Positions 8,823 to 19,389 of a DNA stretch of 64,000 nt are shown here, piece after piece. This DNA is from an uncultured Gemmatimonadales bacterium (lineage in GTDB: Bacteria > Gemmatimonadota > Gemmatimonadetes > Gemmatimonadales > GWC2-71-9), in assembly GCA_963779755.1 (NCBI GenBank), contig CAVZZO010000001.1:992001-1056000 (forward strand), read 5' to 3'. The stretch's first letter is position 1; the number at the start of each line of letters is the position of its first letter. Below the pieces are notes generated by a model. That model did not search any database, was not told where the DNA came from, and was given only the letters and a program-made list of their open reading frames with translations. Both the position numbers and the translations under genes were made by a program.

Positions 8823-9525
8823 GGCTGGGGAACTTCCCGCGGTACCATCCGCTGATCATGGCCCGCAGCGAGGCGGGGTCTACCAGGAATACCAGGGCAA
8901 CGTGGAGCAGGGTGAACCCGACGAAGGTCCAGACGGCAAGAAAGTGCCAGTACCGTGCCAGCTCATACCCGCCGAAGAGGGTGGTGAGCCAGTGTAGCTG
9001 TACCGGCTTGTAGACGGCAAAGCCGGTCAGTACCGACAACGCTCCCAGCAGCAGGATAAACGTATAGGCGCCCTTCTGGAGCGCATTGTGCTTTCCCTGC
9101 GGCGGGTGCTCCTTCCGGAGCCGCAGATAGTACGTCTGCATCTCCCAGGCGGGCCGCAGGTCTGCCGGCCGGAACAGCAGCGAGCGCCACTCACCCGAGA
9201 CCGCCAGATACCCCAGGTACACCAGGCCGGTCAGGATGAAAGGCCACGCCAGTGCGAAATGCCAGTTGAGCCCCCCGGCCAGCCACCCGCCAAGCCGGGC
9301 CCAGCGAGGGAAGGCGTCCCCCTGGAAGGGGTTGGGCCCGATGTAGGGGCCTCCGCGCAGGCCGAACCGGCTGTAGGCGGCGTAGATCTGGAGCCCGCTC
9401 GCGACCATCCCGGCCAGCAGCAGCAGGTTGGCCCAGTGGCAAACCCGGACCAGCCAGTGGTGCCGCCGGACAGGAATGGTGGGGGGGGCGGTGGTGCCGG
9501 CGTTGCCGGTGGTGGTGCTGGTCAT
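8815..9525 (-). CDS. Cytochrome b subunit (Ni/Fe-hydrogenase type cyt b/b6 family), partner of the Mo enzyme
   Basis: Heme His residues in RVCHW, WHFALAW, RYWHF and LLHV; GKHNALQK; 4 TM. Confidence 0.88.
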   Translation of the reverse strand: MTSTTTGNAGTTAPPTIPVRRHHWLVRVCHWANLLLLAGMVASGLQIYAAYSRFGLRGGPYIGPNPFQGDAFPRWARLGGWLAGGLNWHFALAWPFILTGLVYLGYLAVSGEWRSLLFRPADLRPAWEMQTYYLRLRKEHPPQGKHNALQKGAYTFILLLGALSVLTGFAVYKPVQLHWLTTLFGGYELARYWHFLAVWTFVGFTLLHVALVFLVDPASLRAMISGWYRGKFPSHD

Positions 9526-9546
9526 GGCGTTCCCGGTTTCCCTGCA

Positions 9547-9575
9547 ACAACGTCCCGAGGCATTTCCCGGTTTCC
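9547..9575 (-). promoter_or_regulatory. Putative ECF promoter GGAAAC-N17-CGTTGT for the cyt b/Mo-oxidoreductase operon
   Basis: Minus strand GGAAAC cgggaaatgcctcggga CGTTGT, about 20 nt before the ATG at 9525. Confidence 0.55.
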
Positions 9576-11857
9576 TAGCGCCGGAACTGGTACGCCAGCT
9601 TCACGAAGAACCCGTCGACTTCCCTCCGCAGCCCGCGGAAGCTCAGCGTATTGGGGCCGGTGAGTGAGCTGCCGTACCCGAAGAAGGCCACGGTACCCGG
9701 GCTGGGTTCGAAGGAGAGCAGCCCGTCTACCCGCAAGGCGTTGGTCTCGGTATCGCTGGAACTGGTGCCGTTCACCAGCAGGACGGTCCCGGTGCGGGGA
9801 TCGCGCAGGGCCGCCTGCCGCTCGGAGCGGTATTCCCCGACCACCCGGAAGAACAGCGCCCGGCTGGGCTGGTACTCCAGCTTGAGGCGGGGGATGACCG
9901 ATCGGGCGAACTCGCTCCCGTCCATCCGGCGGGTGAGCCGCTGCACCACCGTACTGCCCGTGATCCGGATGGAACCGGTGGGCCGCAGCGTCAGGTCGAG
10001 GCTGGCGTCGACTTCCGTGCCCTCTCCCGCCTCCAGAAAGAGAGCCGCGCGGCCGGTGCCGACCTGCAGGCTGGCGTCGAAGCTCTGGAAGGTCGGGGTG
10101 CTGAGCTCGAGGCTGGCGGTGGGGCCGGAGACCCCGGACGGTGGCACGAAGGTGGCCGGGCCGCCCGGGGTGTCGACCTGGTATCCCTGGTAGTCGGCGG
10201 GCACGAAGTCCACGAAGGCCCGCTCCACGTGCCCGTTCAGCTCCCAGCCGCCACGCAGCCGGGTTCGCAGATCGATGCTCTCGTTTCCTTCGATGGAGTT
10301 CCCCAGGATGTCGCCGTAGCGCCAGATGCGGGTCGGACCGAAGAAGCTGGTGAAGTTCTCGACCAGCGCGCCTCTCGCCCCGTAGAAGCTCAACCGGTTA
10401 TAGGCGTGGAAGGAGACGATGTCGTTCCGGGGCACGAAGCCCGAACGGGTGACGAAATCCCGGCCGATGGCATTGAGCTGGTAGTTGAACCCCCAGGACC
10501 GGCCGGTGCGGTCGTATTCCAGCTTCCAGATGGGAGAGGAGCGGCGGCCCGCGGCATCGTCGGTCCAGGAGCCGCCCAGCTGGCCTTCAAGGTAGTAGAG
10601 CTTGCCGAAGACGTAGCGCACATCGCCGGCCAGCACGCGGTTGTAGTAGGGGCTCCGCAGCACACTCCGGTCGGTGAAGGTCACCCCGGCCGTCGAGTTG
10701 GAGCCGAAGTCGCGCCGCAGCCGGGTAACGTTGAAGAGGGCCTCCCTGCTGGTCCCGTCCACGTCCTGGTCGACCGCCGTCAGGTGGGCGATGCCGAAGC
10801 CGCCCAGTTTGCCGGTAATCTTGCCGCCGGCGATAGGATTGACGATCTGGCGGGAATAGACCAGCTGGTTGGGGGTCGAAAACAGCTCGATGCCCTCGAG
10901 AAAGAAGGGCCGCTTTTCCGGGAAGAACAGGGCGAAGCGCTGATTGACCGTGACCTGCCCCACATCCGACTCCACCTGGCTGAAGTCCGGATTGGCGGTC
11001 GCGTCGAGCGACAGGTTGGTCAGCCCGGCGTGCAGGTTGAGCCCGGCATCGGGGTTGATGCTCTCCCGGGTAAAGGCCCCGCCGGCGTCCCGGGTTCCGT
11101 TGGCCGTGGCGGTCACGAAGGGTTGGGCCTCCACCACGATGCCGCGGTGCAGGTCGTGCAGCCCCGTCAGGGTCCCCGCCTGGATGAGAAAGCTGGCGTT
11201 GGCGCGCCGGGCGTCGGTCCAGGTGTCCTCATAGCCGGTGCGCTGGGTGACCCGGTCGATCTGGATGCCCCACCTCTGCGGCCCGCTGCCGGGATAGCGC
11301 AGGCTCTTGAACGGAATGCGGATCTCGACCTGATAGCCCGAATCGGTCACCATGCCGCTGGAGGACCAGAGATAGTCCGGATTCTTGTCGACGGTCCCCC
11401 CGAAGAGATTGCCGGCGCTGGAGGCTCCCTCGGTGCGTACCCCGTCCTGCTGGGCCCCCAGCGGGTTGACCGCGAAGAAGAAGGCGCGCCGGCGGTCGTT
11501 GAAGGTGTCCAGGTAGATGGTAATGTTATCGTCGCTGCCGATGTTGTCGCGGTCGGCATGGGTGGCCCGGACACTGGACGGCTGGGCGTCGTGAGCCACC
11601 AGGCCGAAGTAGATGGCCGAGGGAGAATACCACACCAGCACGTCGGTAGCCTGCTCGGCGGGACGGCCGTCCACCGGCTGGTACTGGGAGAATCCGGTCA
11701 ACCGGGTAGCCTGGGCCCATGCCGGCTCATCCAGCCGCCCGTCGACGGCCGGCTCGGCCTCGATCCGGGGAATGGTCACGGCGGGCGCGCCGGTGCCGGC
11801 AACGGTGTCCGGGGCGGCCGCCGGCGCCTGCATCAGGGCGAGCGTCAGGAGCAGCAT
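9575..11857 (-). CDS. CBM9-like + DUF5916 domain exported/outer-membrane protein
   Basis: PAVDGRLDEPAW, DTFND, EIRIPFKSLRY, NPDFSQVESD, FFPEKRPFFLEG motifs; 760 aa. Confidence 0.85.
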   Translation of the reverse strand: MLLLTLALMQAPAAAPDTVAGTGAPAVTIPRIEAEPAVDGRLDEPAWAQATRLTGFSQYQPVDGRPAEQATDVLVWYSPSAIYFGLVAHDAQPSSVRATHADRDNIGSDDNITIYLDTFNDRRRAFFFAVNPLGAQQDGVRTEGASSAGNLFGGTVDKNPDYLWSSSGMVTDSGYQVEIRIPFKSLRYPGSGPQRWGIQIDRVTQRTGYEDTWTDARRANASFLIQAGTLTGLHDLHRGIVVEAQPFVTATANGTRDAGGAFTRESINPDAGLNLHAGLTNLSLDATANPDFSQVESDVGQVTVNQRFALFFPEKRPFFLEGIELFSTPNQLVYSRQIVNPIAGGKITGKLGGFGIAHLTAVDQDVDGTSREALFNVTRLRRDFGSNSTAGVTFTDRSVLRSPYYNRVLAGDVRYVFGKLYYLEGQLGGSWTDDAAGRRSSPIWKLEYDRTGRSWGFNYQLNAIGRDFVTRSGFVPRNDIVSFHAYNRLSFYGARGALVENFTSFFGPTRIWRYGDILGNSIEGNESIDLRTRLRGGWELNGHVERAFVDFVPADYQGYQVDTPGGPATFVPPSGVSGPTASLELSTPTFQSFDASLQVGTGRAALFLEAGEGTEVDASLDLTLRPTGSIRITGSTVVQRLTRRMDGSEFARSVIPRLKLEYQPSRALFFRVVGEYRSERQAALRDPRTGTVLLVNGTSSSDTETNALRVDGLLSFEPSPGTVAFFGYGSSLTGPNTLSFRGLRREVDGFFVKLAYQFRR

Positions 11858-11963
11858 CAGGTCGCTATCGGTAAAACGGTCCGGAATATGGGAAGCCGGC
11901 GGACGGAGGCGCCCGCCGGCCTCAAGCTAGCCGCAGATGGTGGCGCAGGCCACCGCGCCGGGC

Positions 11964-13181
11964 CTATTCGTACCGCAGGGCTTCGATAGGGTCGAGGACG
12001 GCGGCGCGCCGGGCGGGCCAGAGCCCGAAGATGATGCCCACCGCCGCGCTGAAGCCGAAGGCAACCCCCACGGCCGACATCGAGATCAGAGTGTTCCAGC
12101 CGAACGAGCTCGCCATCCAGGACGCGACCCCCGCGCCCGCGGCGATCCCGATGACGCCGCCTACCAGGCACAGCACCAGGGCCTCCGCGAGGAACTGCAT
12201 CATGATATTGAGCCGGGTGGCGCCGAGGGCCTTCCGCACGCCGATCTCGCGGGTGCGTTCGGTGACCGACACCAGCATGATGTTCATGATGCCGATGCCG
12301 CCCACCAGGAGGCTCACGGCGGCGATGCCGGCCAGCAGCGAGCCAAAGACCTCGGTGGCCTGCTGCTGTGTGGCCAGGAGCTCCATCTGGTTCCGGATCC
12401 GGAAATCGTTCTCGCTGCCGGGCGGAATATTATGCAACGAGCGCAGGACCCGTTCCACGTCGATCATCCCCTGTTCCAGCGTGCTGCTGTCCTTGACCGC
12501 CACGGTAATCGATCGCACCCGGTCGGTGCCGAAGATCCGGTATTGCGCCGTCTGCAGCGGGATCAGGATCTGTTCGTCCGGATCGTGCCAGGAGCCTTGA
12601 GAGCCTTTCGGGCTCAGGACACCCATGACCTCGAAGGGGATGCCGCGGATCAGAAGCGTCTGGTGGATGATCGCCGCTGGATTGGCGTCCAGCATCTCCG
12701 GTACACTGGAGCCCAGCACCGCGTAGCGCCGCCGGGCGTTGTTGTCGCCCCGGGTATACATCTGCCCGAAGGGCATGGTGTAATTGTGCACCGCCGCGTA
12801 ATTCGCGGTGGTGCCGACGATCTCGAGGTTCACGTTCTTGTTGCCGTACTTCACCTGCATGTCGTTCGAGAGTTCCGGAACCACCGCGTCGAGCACCCGG
12901 GTCTTCTGCTGCAGCGCTTCCGCGTCCTTGGTGGTCAGGCTGACCCTGTTGCCGCTGGCGATACCGTGGGAAAACGACTGCCCCGGATAGATGCTGATGA
13001 GGTTGGCGCCCAGCGATTCGATCTGCTCGCTGATCTTCTTCTTGGCGCCGTTCCCCAGCGACACCATGGTAATGACTGCACCCACGCCGATAATGATCCC
13101 CAGCATGGTCAGCGCGGAGCGCAGTTTGTTGACCCGGATGGATTGAAAAGCTACCGCAATCGTTTCACCAACAGGCATCAT
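11964..13181 (-). CDS. MacB/FtsX-family ABC transporter permease (paralog 2)
   Basis: NKLRSALTMLGIIIG, GGIGIMNIMLVSVTERTREIG, LDPIEALRYE; 405 aa. Confidence 0.95.
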   Translation of the reverse strand: MMPVGETIAVAFQSIRVNKLRSALTMLGIIIGVGAVITMVSLGNGAKKKISEQIESLGANLISIYPGQSFSHGIASGNRVSLTTKDAEALQQKTRVLDAVVPELSNDMQVKYGNKNVNLEIVGTTANYAAVHNYTMPFGQMYTRGDNNARRRYAVLGSSVPEMLDANPAAIIHQTLLIRGIPFEVMGVLSPKGSQGSWHDPDEQILIPLQTAQYRIFGTDRVRSITVAVKDSSTLEQGMIDVERVLRSLHNIPPGSENDFRIRNQMELLATQQQATEVFGSLLAGIAAVSLLVGGIGIMNIMLVSVTERTREIGVRKALGATRLNIMMQFLAEALVLCLVGGVIGIAAGAGVASWMASSFGWNTLISMSAVGVAFGFSAAVGIIFGLWPARRAAVLDPIEALRYE

Positions 13182-13253
13182 TCCAGTGTCCTCCCGCGGT
13201 CGGCCTTCTCCGAGTTCCAGTGGCTTGCCTGCGGCCACCGTATGGCAGCAGGG

Positions 13254-14471
13254 CTATTCGTACCGCAGCGCTTCGATCGGGTCGAGCCGGGCGGCCCGCC
13301 GCGCCGGCCAGATTCCAAAAATAATTCCGACGGCTGCGCTGAACCCGAAGGCGGCGCCCACCGCCGACATGGAGATCAGGGTGTTCCAGCCGAAGGCGCT
13401 CGCCATCCAGGATGCCACCCCGGCACCCGCCCCGATCCCGATGAGGCCGCCCACCAGGCAGAGCACCAGGGCCTCGGTGAGAAACTGCATGAGGATGTTG
13501 AGCCGGGTTGCGCCCAGGGCCTTGCGCACGCCGATCTCCCGGGTGCGCTCGGTCACCGAGACCAGCATGATGTTCATGATGCCGATGCCGCCCACCAGCA
13601 GGCTGACGGCCGCGATGCCCGCCAGCAGCGACCCGAACACCTGGGTGGCCTGCTGCTGGGTGGCGAGGATCTCCATCTGATTCCGCATCTGGAAATCGTT
13701 GTCGCCGCCCGGGGGGATCTTGTGCAGCCGCCGCATGACCCGCTCCACGTCCACCATGCCGCGATCCAGGGGAACGCCCGGCTTCACCGCCACGGAGATC
13801 GACCGTACCCGGTCGGTGCCGAAGATCCGGTACTGGGCGGTCTGGAGCGGGATCAGGATCTGTTCATCGGGATCGAACCAGGAGCCCTGCGACCCCTTGG
13901 CGCTCAGCACCCCCACCACCTCAAAGGGAATCCCGCGGATGAGAATGGTCTGATGGATCAGTGCCGCGGGATTGGCTTCGAGCATTTCCGGTACGCTGGC
14001 GCCGAGCACGGCATAGCGCTGCCGGGCGTCGTCGTCGCCCTTGCTGAACATCTCCCCGTAGGGCACGGTGTAGTTATGCACGCCGGCATAGTTGGCCGTG
14101 GTGCCTACGATGTTCAGGTTCAGGTTCTTGTTGCCGTACTTCACCTGCAGGCTGCTCTGCAGTTCCGGCACCACGGCCTCCAGCAGCGTGGCGTCGCGCT
14201 CCAGCGCCTCCGCGTCCTTGGTGGTGAGGCTGACCCGGTTGCCGCTGGCGATTCCGCGAGAGAACATCTGGCCCGGGTAGATGGTCAGCAGGTTGGCGCC
14301 GAGCGATTGGATCTGTTCCTCGATCTTCTTCCGGGCGCCGTTGCCCAGCGAAACCATGGTAATCACGGCGCCCACGCCGATGATGATCCCCAGCATGGTC
14401 AGCGCGGAGCGCAGTTTGTTGACGCGGATGGACTGGAACGCCACCGCGACAGTTTCTCCGATGGGCATCAT
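13254..14471 (-). CDS. MacB/FtsX-family ABC transporter permease (paralog 1)
   Basis: Same signatures and same length (405 aa) as the downstream paralog. Confidence 0.95.
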   Translation of the reverse strand: MMPIGETVAVAFQSIRVNKLRSALTMLGIIIGVGAVITMVSLGNGARKKIEEQIQSLGANLLTIYPGQMFSRGIASGNRVSLTTKDAEALERDATLLEAVVPELQSSLQVKYGNKNLNLNIVGTTANYAGVHNYTVPYGEMFSKGDDDARQRYAVLGASVPEMLEANPAALIHQTILIRGIPFEVVGVLSAKGSQGSWFDPDEQILIPLQTAQYRIFGTDRVRSISVAVKPGVPLDRGMVDVERVMRRLHKIPPGGDNDFQMRNQMEILATQQQATQVFGSLLAGIAAVSLLVGGIGIMNIMLVSVTERTREIGVRKALGATRLNILMQFLTEALVLCLVGGLIGIGAGAGVASWMASAFGWNTLISMSAVGAAFGFSAAVGIIFGIWPARRAARLDPIEALRYE

Positions 14472-14475
14472 GGTC

Positions 14476-16011
14476 TTACCGGCCTCCGGAGGGGCGGCTG
14501 CCACCGCTGCTGGTACTGCTGCTGTTGCTGCGCAGGCCGCCGGTCCCGCCCCCGGTGATCCGCTCGATCCGGTTCTTGAACTCCTCTTGCGATTGCACCA
14601 GGCTTGCGCTGGGCAGCAGCAACACCGTATCGCCCACCGCCAGCCCGCTGGTGACCTCGCTGTAGTCCAGGTCGGTGAGCCCGGTCTGGACCCAGGTGGG
14701 CTGGGGCGAGCCATTCTTCTTGACGAACACGACGTACCTGCCGCCGAACTGGAAATCGGTCCCGGACGCTGCCGGCCGTCCGCCCCGGCCGCCGCCGTTG
14801 CCGCGCATTCCCGCGAACACCTTGCGCAGGAGGGCGGATTCGTCGGCGCTCACCTTCCCGCCGGACATCCGCTTCTTCAGGATGTCCTGGACCTGCTTCT
14901 CGGTTACGCCCTCCGGCAATGCCACGGTGGCGCCGTTCGGCAGGGTCAGGACATTGCCCGCCGGCTGGGGCGCGGCGCTGTCTTTGCCCGGACCGCTGGC
15001 ACCGAGCGAGTCCTGCCGCGGCTGCGAGGCTTGCGCCAGTTCCTTCTGGACCGTTGCCGGATCCAGCCCCAGCACCTGGGCGGCAGAGCCCACATCCCGC
15101 TGGGTCCGCAGCGCGGAGGTCGGGACGGCGACGACGTCACGCCGCTGGCCCACGTGGATCTCAACCTCGCTGTTCATCCCCGGCCGCAGCATTCCCTCCC
15201 GGTTATCGATCCGGACCAGCACGGGAAACATGGTGACGTTCTGCGTGGTGGTGGCCTGCGGCTCGATCTTGATCACCTCGCCCTGGAAGGGACGATTGGG
15301 ATAGGCATCCACCGTAACGGTCGCCTCCAGGCCGGGGCGGATCTTGCCGATATCGGTTTCGTCCACCAGCGTGCTGACCTGGACGTGGTTCAGATCGGCC
15401 ATCTGCAGCAGCACGGTACCGCCGCTCACGTTGCTGGTGGAGCTGGCGATCACCTGCCCGCGCTGGACGTCAAGCTGGATCACCGTACCGGTGATCGGGG
15501 CCCGCACGTCCGTCTGGTCCACCACGATCTGGGCGTTCTGCATCGCCACCCGGGCGCTGACCACCGCCGCCTTGGCGTTGGCGTAGTCGAGCACCGCCGT
15601 GTCGTGCTCCGTCTGGGTGATGGCCTGCTGCTTGTAGAGCTCGTCGGAACGCTGCTTCTGCGCCAGCGCATTGTCCAGCCGGGCCTGGGCCACTTCGAAG
15701 TTCGCCTTGGCCTGGTCCAGGTTATTGGTGGGGATGCGCGGGTCGATCCGCATCAGGAGCTCGCCCTGGTGCACCAGCTGGCCGGTCTGGGCCTTGATGT
15801 CCAGGATCTCGCCCGAGGCCTGGGACTTCACCTCGACGGTGGTATCCGGCTGGATCGTCCCCGAGGCCTGCACCGAAACGATGATGTCCCGGGTGCTCAC
15901 CGGCATGGCGATGTACGGCGGCGGCGGCACGGGTTTGTCGCACCCTGCGGCAACCAGCGCGGCCAGAACGGCGGGAACCAGAATACGGTTGCGTAGCATC
16001 ATTGAAGACAT
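14476..16011 (-). CDS. MacA-like efflux periplasmic adaptor (membrane fusion protein), lipoprotein
   Basis: VAAGC lipobox, VEVKSQASGEI, RAPITG, LRPGM, GLAVGD; Gly/Arg-rich insertion. Confidence 0.92.
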   Translation of the reverse strand: MSSMMLRNRILVPAVLAALVAAGCDKPVPPPPYIAMPVSTRDIIVSVQASGTIQPDTTVEVKSQASGEILDIKAQTGQLVHQGELLMRIDPRIPTNNLDQAKANFEVAQARLDNALAQKQRSDELYKQQAITQTEHDTAVLDYANAKAAVVSARVAMQNAQIVVDQTDVRAPITGTVIQLDVQRGQVIASSTSNVSGGTVLLQMADLNHVQVSTLVDETDIGKIRPGLEATVTVDAYPNRPFQGEVIKIEPQATTTQNVTMFPVLVRIDNREGMLRPGMNSEVEIHVGQRRDVVAVPTSALRTQRDVGSAAQVLGLDPATVQKELAQASQPRQDSLGASGPGKDSAAPQPAGNVLTLPNGATVALPEGVTEKQVQDILKKRMSGGKVSADESALLRKVFAGMRGNGGGRGGRPAASGTDFQFGGRYVVFVKKNGSPQPTWVQTGLTDLDYSEVTSGLAVGDTVLLLPSASLVQSQEEFKNRIERITGGGTGGLRSNSSSTSSGGSRPSGGR

Positions 16012-16023
16012 GGATCTACCCGT

Positions 16024-16779
16024 TCAGTGCGTAGGTTGCGTCGCGAAGTCGCGCTCCACCCGGCCGTCCAGGATATGGACCTGGCGCTCGGCGTGCGCGG
16101 CGATGTCCGGTTCGTGCGTCACCAGGACGATGGTCTGTCCTTCTCCGTGCAGCGTCTCGAACAGATTCATGATCTCGGCGCCCGTGGCCGAATCGAGATT
16201 GCCCGTGGGCTCGTCCGCCAGGAGAATGCTGGGCTTATTGACCAGCGCCCGGGCCACCGCCACACGCTGGCGCTGGCCGCCGGAGAGCTCGTTGGGCCGG
16301 TGGCTCATCCGGTCCTGCAGGCCCACGCGGGTCAGTGCGTCTTCCGCCGCCGCCCGCCGCTCCTTCCCCGGCATGCCGGCATAGACCAGCGGCAGCTCCA
16401 CATTGTGGAGGGCGGTGGCGCGGGGCAGCAGGTTGAAGGTCTGGAAGACGAACCCGATCTCCCGGTTGCGGATGTGGGCCAGCTGGTCGTCCTTCAGTTC
16501 CGAGACCCGGTGCCCGTTGAGCCAGTACTCCCCCCCGGTGGGCGTATCCAGACAGCCGATCATGTTCATCAGCGTGGACTTGCCCGACCCGGAGGGCCCC
16601 ATGATGGCGACGAACTCGTTCCGCCGGATGACGACGTCGAGGCCACGCAGCGCGTGGACGACCTCGCTGCCCATGACGTAGTCGCGCTGCAGGTTACGGG
16701 TGACGATGATGGCATCCCGCGGAATGTCCGGGGGTAACTGCGCCATGCGCTCGGCGGTGTTTTCCAGGGTTGGGCTCAT
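16024..16779 (-). CDS. ABC transporter ATP-binding protein (LolD/MacB NBD type)
   Basis: Walker [26 protein letters not shown]. Confidence 0.96.
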   Translation of the reverse strand: MSPTLENTAERMAQLPPDIPRDAIIVTRNLQRDYVMGSEVVHALRGLDVVIRRNEFVAIMGPSGSGKSTLMNMIGCLDTPTGGEYWLNGHRVSELKDDQLAHIRNREIGFVFQTFNLLPRATALHNVELPLVYAGMPGKERRAAAEDALTRVGLQDRMSHRPNELSGGQRQRVAVARALVNKPSILLADEPTGNLDSATGAEIMNLFETLHGEGQTIVLVTHEPDIAAHAERQVHILDGRVERDFATQPTH

Positions 16780-18071
16780 AGTGACTTCCCGATGAGGGCT
16801 TCGATCTGCGCCTTGGCGCGGAGATAACTGAACCGGGCATTGACGACATCCACCTCGGCCTGGTTCAGAGCTTCCTGCGAGGTCAGGACATCCACAATGG
16901 TGGCGGCGCCCAGGCGGTACCGCGCCTGCTGCACCCGGAGATCTTCCTCCGCCGCCTGCACGCTGGTGCGGGTGATCTCGATCTGCAACCGGGCCGCGTC
17001 GAGGTTGGCCAGCTGGCCGATGAGCGAGGCCTGGACCTGGCGGGCCGCATCGTTGGCCTGGGCCTGGGCGACGTCGAACGTGGTCTGCTGGGTGACGATC
17101 GACCGCTCCCGGCTGAATCCATTGAAGATCGGCCAGGAGAGCCGCAGGCTCACCTGCCGCTGGTTGAACAGCTGGTAATTCAGGTCCTTGTTGCCGCTAT
17201 AGCTGTAGCTGCCATTCAGGCTCAGCGTGGGCCAGTAGGCTGCCCGCGCAGCCGACACCTGGGCCCGTGCGGCGCCGACGTTGGCCTCGGCGCTCTGAAC
17301 CTGCGGTGACTCTCTCTGGGCCTGGTCCAGCAGCGCCGTGGTATCGATGGTCTCGACGACGTGGTAGAACGAGGAATCGTCCTGAGCCTGCACCCGGCCG
17401 TCCACCCCGATCAGCCGCCCCAGGTTGGCTTCGGCCTGGGCCAGCTGGGCCTGGGCCTGGATCAGCTGCACCTGGGCATTCCCCAGGGTCACCAGGGACC
17501 GGAGAGAATCGGACCGGGTGGCGGAACCGGTGTGCAGCTTGGCCACCGAGACCTTGAGCTGCTCCTGGGCGCGGGCCACGCTGGCATCCCGCACCTTTAC
17601 CAGTTGTTCCGCCGCCAGGGCATTGAGGAACTCCTGCGTGGTATTGAGCCGGGTCTGATAGCGGGCGTTCACCAGGCCGGCATCGGCCGCGCTGCTCTGC
17701 GCCTTGGCGCTGCGCATGTCGGCGCCACGCCGGAAACCGGTGAACAGGTCCACGCTGGCCGACAGCCCCATACTGAGGCTGGTGCTCGAGGTATTGCCGC
17801 CGATAACCTGGCCGGTCACCGGATCGGGCCGGGCAAATTCCGAGAAGCTGTAGCCGCCGGTAGAGTTGGCCGTGAGGCTGGGCAGGAATTCGCCGTAGGC
17901 CGAGCGCACCTGGGCCGAGGCATTTTGCACCGACCCCTGCGCCTGGATGACATTCGGCTGGACCTGCTGGGCCATGCTGATGGCCTGGTCCAGGGTGACC
18001 GAGTTGACCTGCTCCTGGGCCGCCAGGGGGGCCGCCAGGAGAGCCAGGCCGAGAACCATGTATGCGCGCAT
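16776..18071 (-). CDS. TolC-family outer-membrane efflux protein
   Basis: Signal peptide and two OEP repeats ([29 protein letters not shown]). Confidence 0.92.
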   Translation of the reverse strand: MRAYMVLGLALLAAPLAAQEQVNSVTLDQAISMAQQVQPNVIQAQGSVQNASAQVRSAYGEFLPSLTANSTGGYSFSEFARPDPVTGQVIGGNTSSTSLSMGLSASVDLFTGFRRGADMRSAKAQSSAADAGLVNARYQTRLNTTQEFLNALAAEQLVKVRDASVARAQEQLKVSVAKLHTGSATRSDSLRSLVTLGNAQVQLIQAQAQLAQAEANLGRLIGVDGRVQAQDDSSFYHVVETIDTTALLDQAQRESPQVQSAEANVGAARAQVSAARAAYWPTLSLNGSYSYSGNKDLNYQLFNQRQVSLRLSWPIFNGFSRERSIVTQQTTFDVAQAQANDAARQVQASLIGQLANLDAARLQIEITRTSVQAAEEDLRVQQARYRLGAATIVDVLTSQEALNQAEVDVVNARFSYLRAKAQIEALIGKSL

Positions 18072-18072
18072 G

Positions 18073-18462
18073 CTATCGCTGCTCCGTTCCGTGCCGCTCC
18101 GCCTGATACCGGCGGACCATGTCGTTGTAGGTGGTGGTCTGTTCCGGGGTGAGCTGTGCCCGGATCTCCATACCGATGGAATCGCGCAGAGTTTCAAACC
18201 GGGGCCGGACCTCTCCCCAGATGGAGTCCATCCGCGGCCGGTACCGGGTCAGTACCGCCTGGATGCTGTCGCGCTGGGTGGGGGTGAGCTGCAGTCGTCG
18301 AGTCATGTCGTCGAGCCAGCCGCCCCCCCCGTGGCGCTCCCGGTCGTTGTGCGACCAGGGGGGGCGCCGCGCGGAGAGCCCCATGGCGGCACCACCCGCC
18401 ACGCCTCCGGCGAGGAAGGTGATCGTCAACAGCAGCGCTGCTTTCCAGGTTGGTGCGTTCAT
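18073..18462 (-). CDS. Spy/CpxP-like periplasmic protein (heavy-metal sensor family)
   Basis: N-terminal TM/signal; LQLTPTQ and QLTPEQ repeats. Confidence 0.72.
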   Translation of the reverse strand: MNAPTWKAALLLTITFLAGGVAGGAAMGLSARRPPWSHNDRERHGGGGWLDDMTRRLQLTPTQRDSIQAVLTRYRPRMDSIWGEVRPRFETLRDSIGMEIRAQLTPEQTTTYNDMVRRYQAERHGTEQR

Positions 18463-18493
18463 ACCGTCTCGTTCATCGGGGCCGTGCCCCGCT

Positions 18494-18853
18494 TCAGTGC
18501 CCGCCTTCCAGGACCAGGCCCAGAATCAGCTCCTGGTCGGGGCGGGCGGTGGTAAACAACTGGGCCGGCGCATCGCCCGGCCGGACCGCTTCGGCGAGGC
18601 CGGGGCGAGCGGCCGCCGGCTGGCTCGCCAGGAACCAGGCGCCCAGCAGCGCCAGCAACAGTACCGCGGCGGCGATGCCGGGCCGGAGCCAGTGCGCCAG
18701 AACCGCCCAGCTCGACTCGGCCTGATTGCCGCCGATGCGCGCCAGCAGCGCGGCGGACCAGGCCTCGTGGCCGCCCGGATCGAGATGTTCGCGCAGCAGG
18801 GCGCCCAGGGCTTCGTCCCGGCCGGCCTCAAACGGATTGCGCGGGTTCGTCAT
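18494..18853 (-). CDS. Putative single-TM anti-sigma factor
   Basis: ATGA overlap with the ECF stop; one TM helix; position typical of an anti-sigma factor. Confidence 0.6.
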   Translation of the reverse strand: MTNPRNPFEAGRDEALGALLREHLDPGGHEAWSAALLARIGGNQAESSWAVLAHWLRPGIAAAVLLLALLGAWFLASQPAAARPGLAEAVRPGDAPAQLFTTARPDQELILGLVLEGGH

Positions 18854-19383
18854 TCCTCCTCCTGCGGGCTCAGGCTGCGCCGCAGCGCGCGCCTCGCGTG
18901 AAACACGTCTGATCGCACCGTTCCCTCGGGAATGCCCAGGATCTGCGCGATATCGGCGTGGCTGTAGCCCTCCGCGTCGAACAACACCACCGCGACCCGC
19001 TGCCGCTCCGGCAGCCCCTGCAATGCCCGGTCGAGTTTGTCGCGGAGCAGGGCGCGCTCGGTATCCCGTTCCGGCGAGTCCCTGGTACTGGCCGCTTCCG
19101 GGAGCGGTTCCGTCTGGCGCACCTTCCGGCGGCGTCGCAGGTCGGCCGCGGCATTGAGGACCAGCCGCATGAACCAGGGTACGAAGGGCCGGCCCGGATC
19201 GTACCGGTGCAGATTCCGCCAGGCGGAGAAGGCCGCGTTCTGCACCGCGTCGTCGGCATCGGCGGCCTGGTGCAGGACGGATCGCGCCAGACGCCGCGCC
19301 GCAGGAAGGTGACGCTCGAGCAGCTGGCCGAAAGCCTCCCCATTGCCGCCGGCGGCCCGGGCGGCCAGGTCAGCGTCGCTCAC
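18850..19383 (-). CDS. ECF RNA polymerase sigma factor (start GTG 19383 preferred; ORF extends to 19431)
   Basis: DADDAVQNAAF, FVPWFMRLVLN, EGYSHADIAQILGIPEGTVRS. Confidence 0.93.
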   Translation of the reverse strand: MSDADLAARAAGGNGEAFGQLLERHLPAARRLARSVLHQAADADDAVQNAAFSAWRNLHRYDPGRPFVPWFMRLVLNAAADLRRRRKVRQTEPLPEAASTRDSPERDTERALLRDKLDRALQGLPERQRVAVVLFDAEGYSHADIAQILGIPEGTVRSDVFHARRALRRSLSPQEEE

Positions 19384-19389
19384 ACCAGG

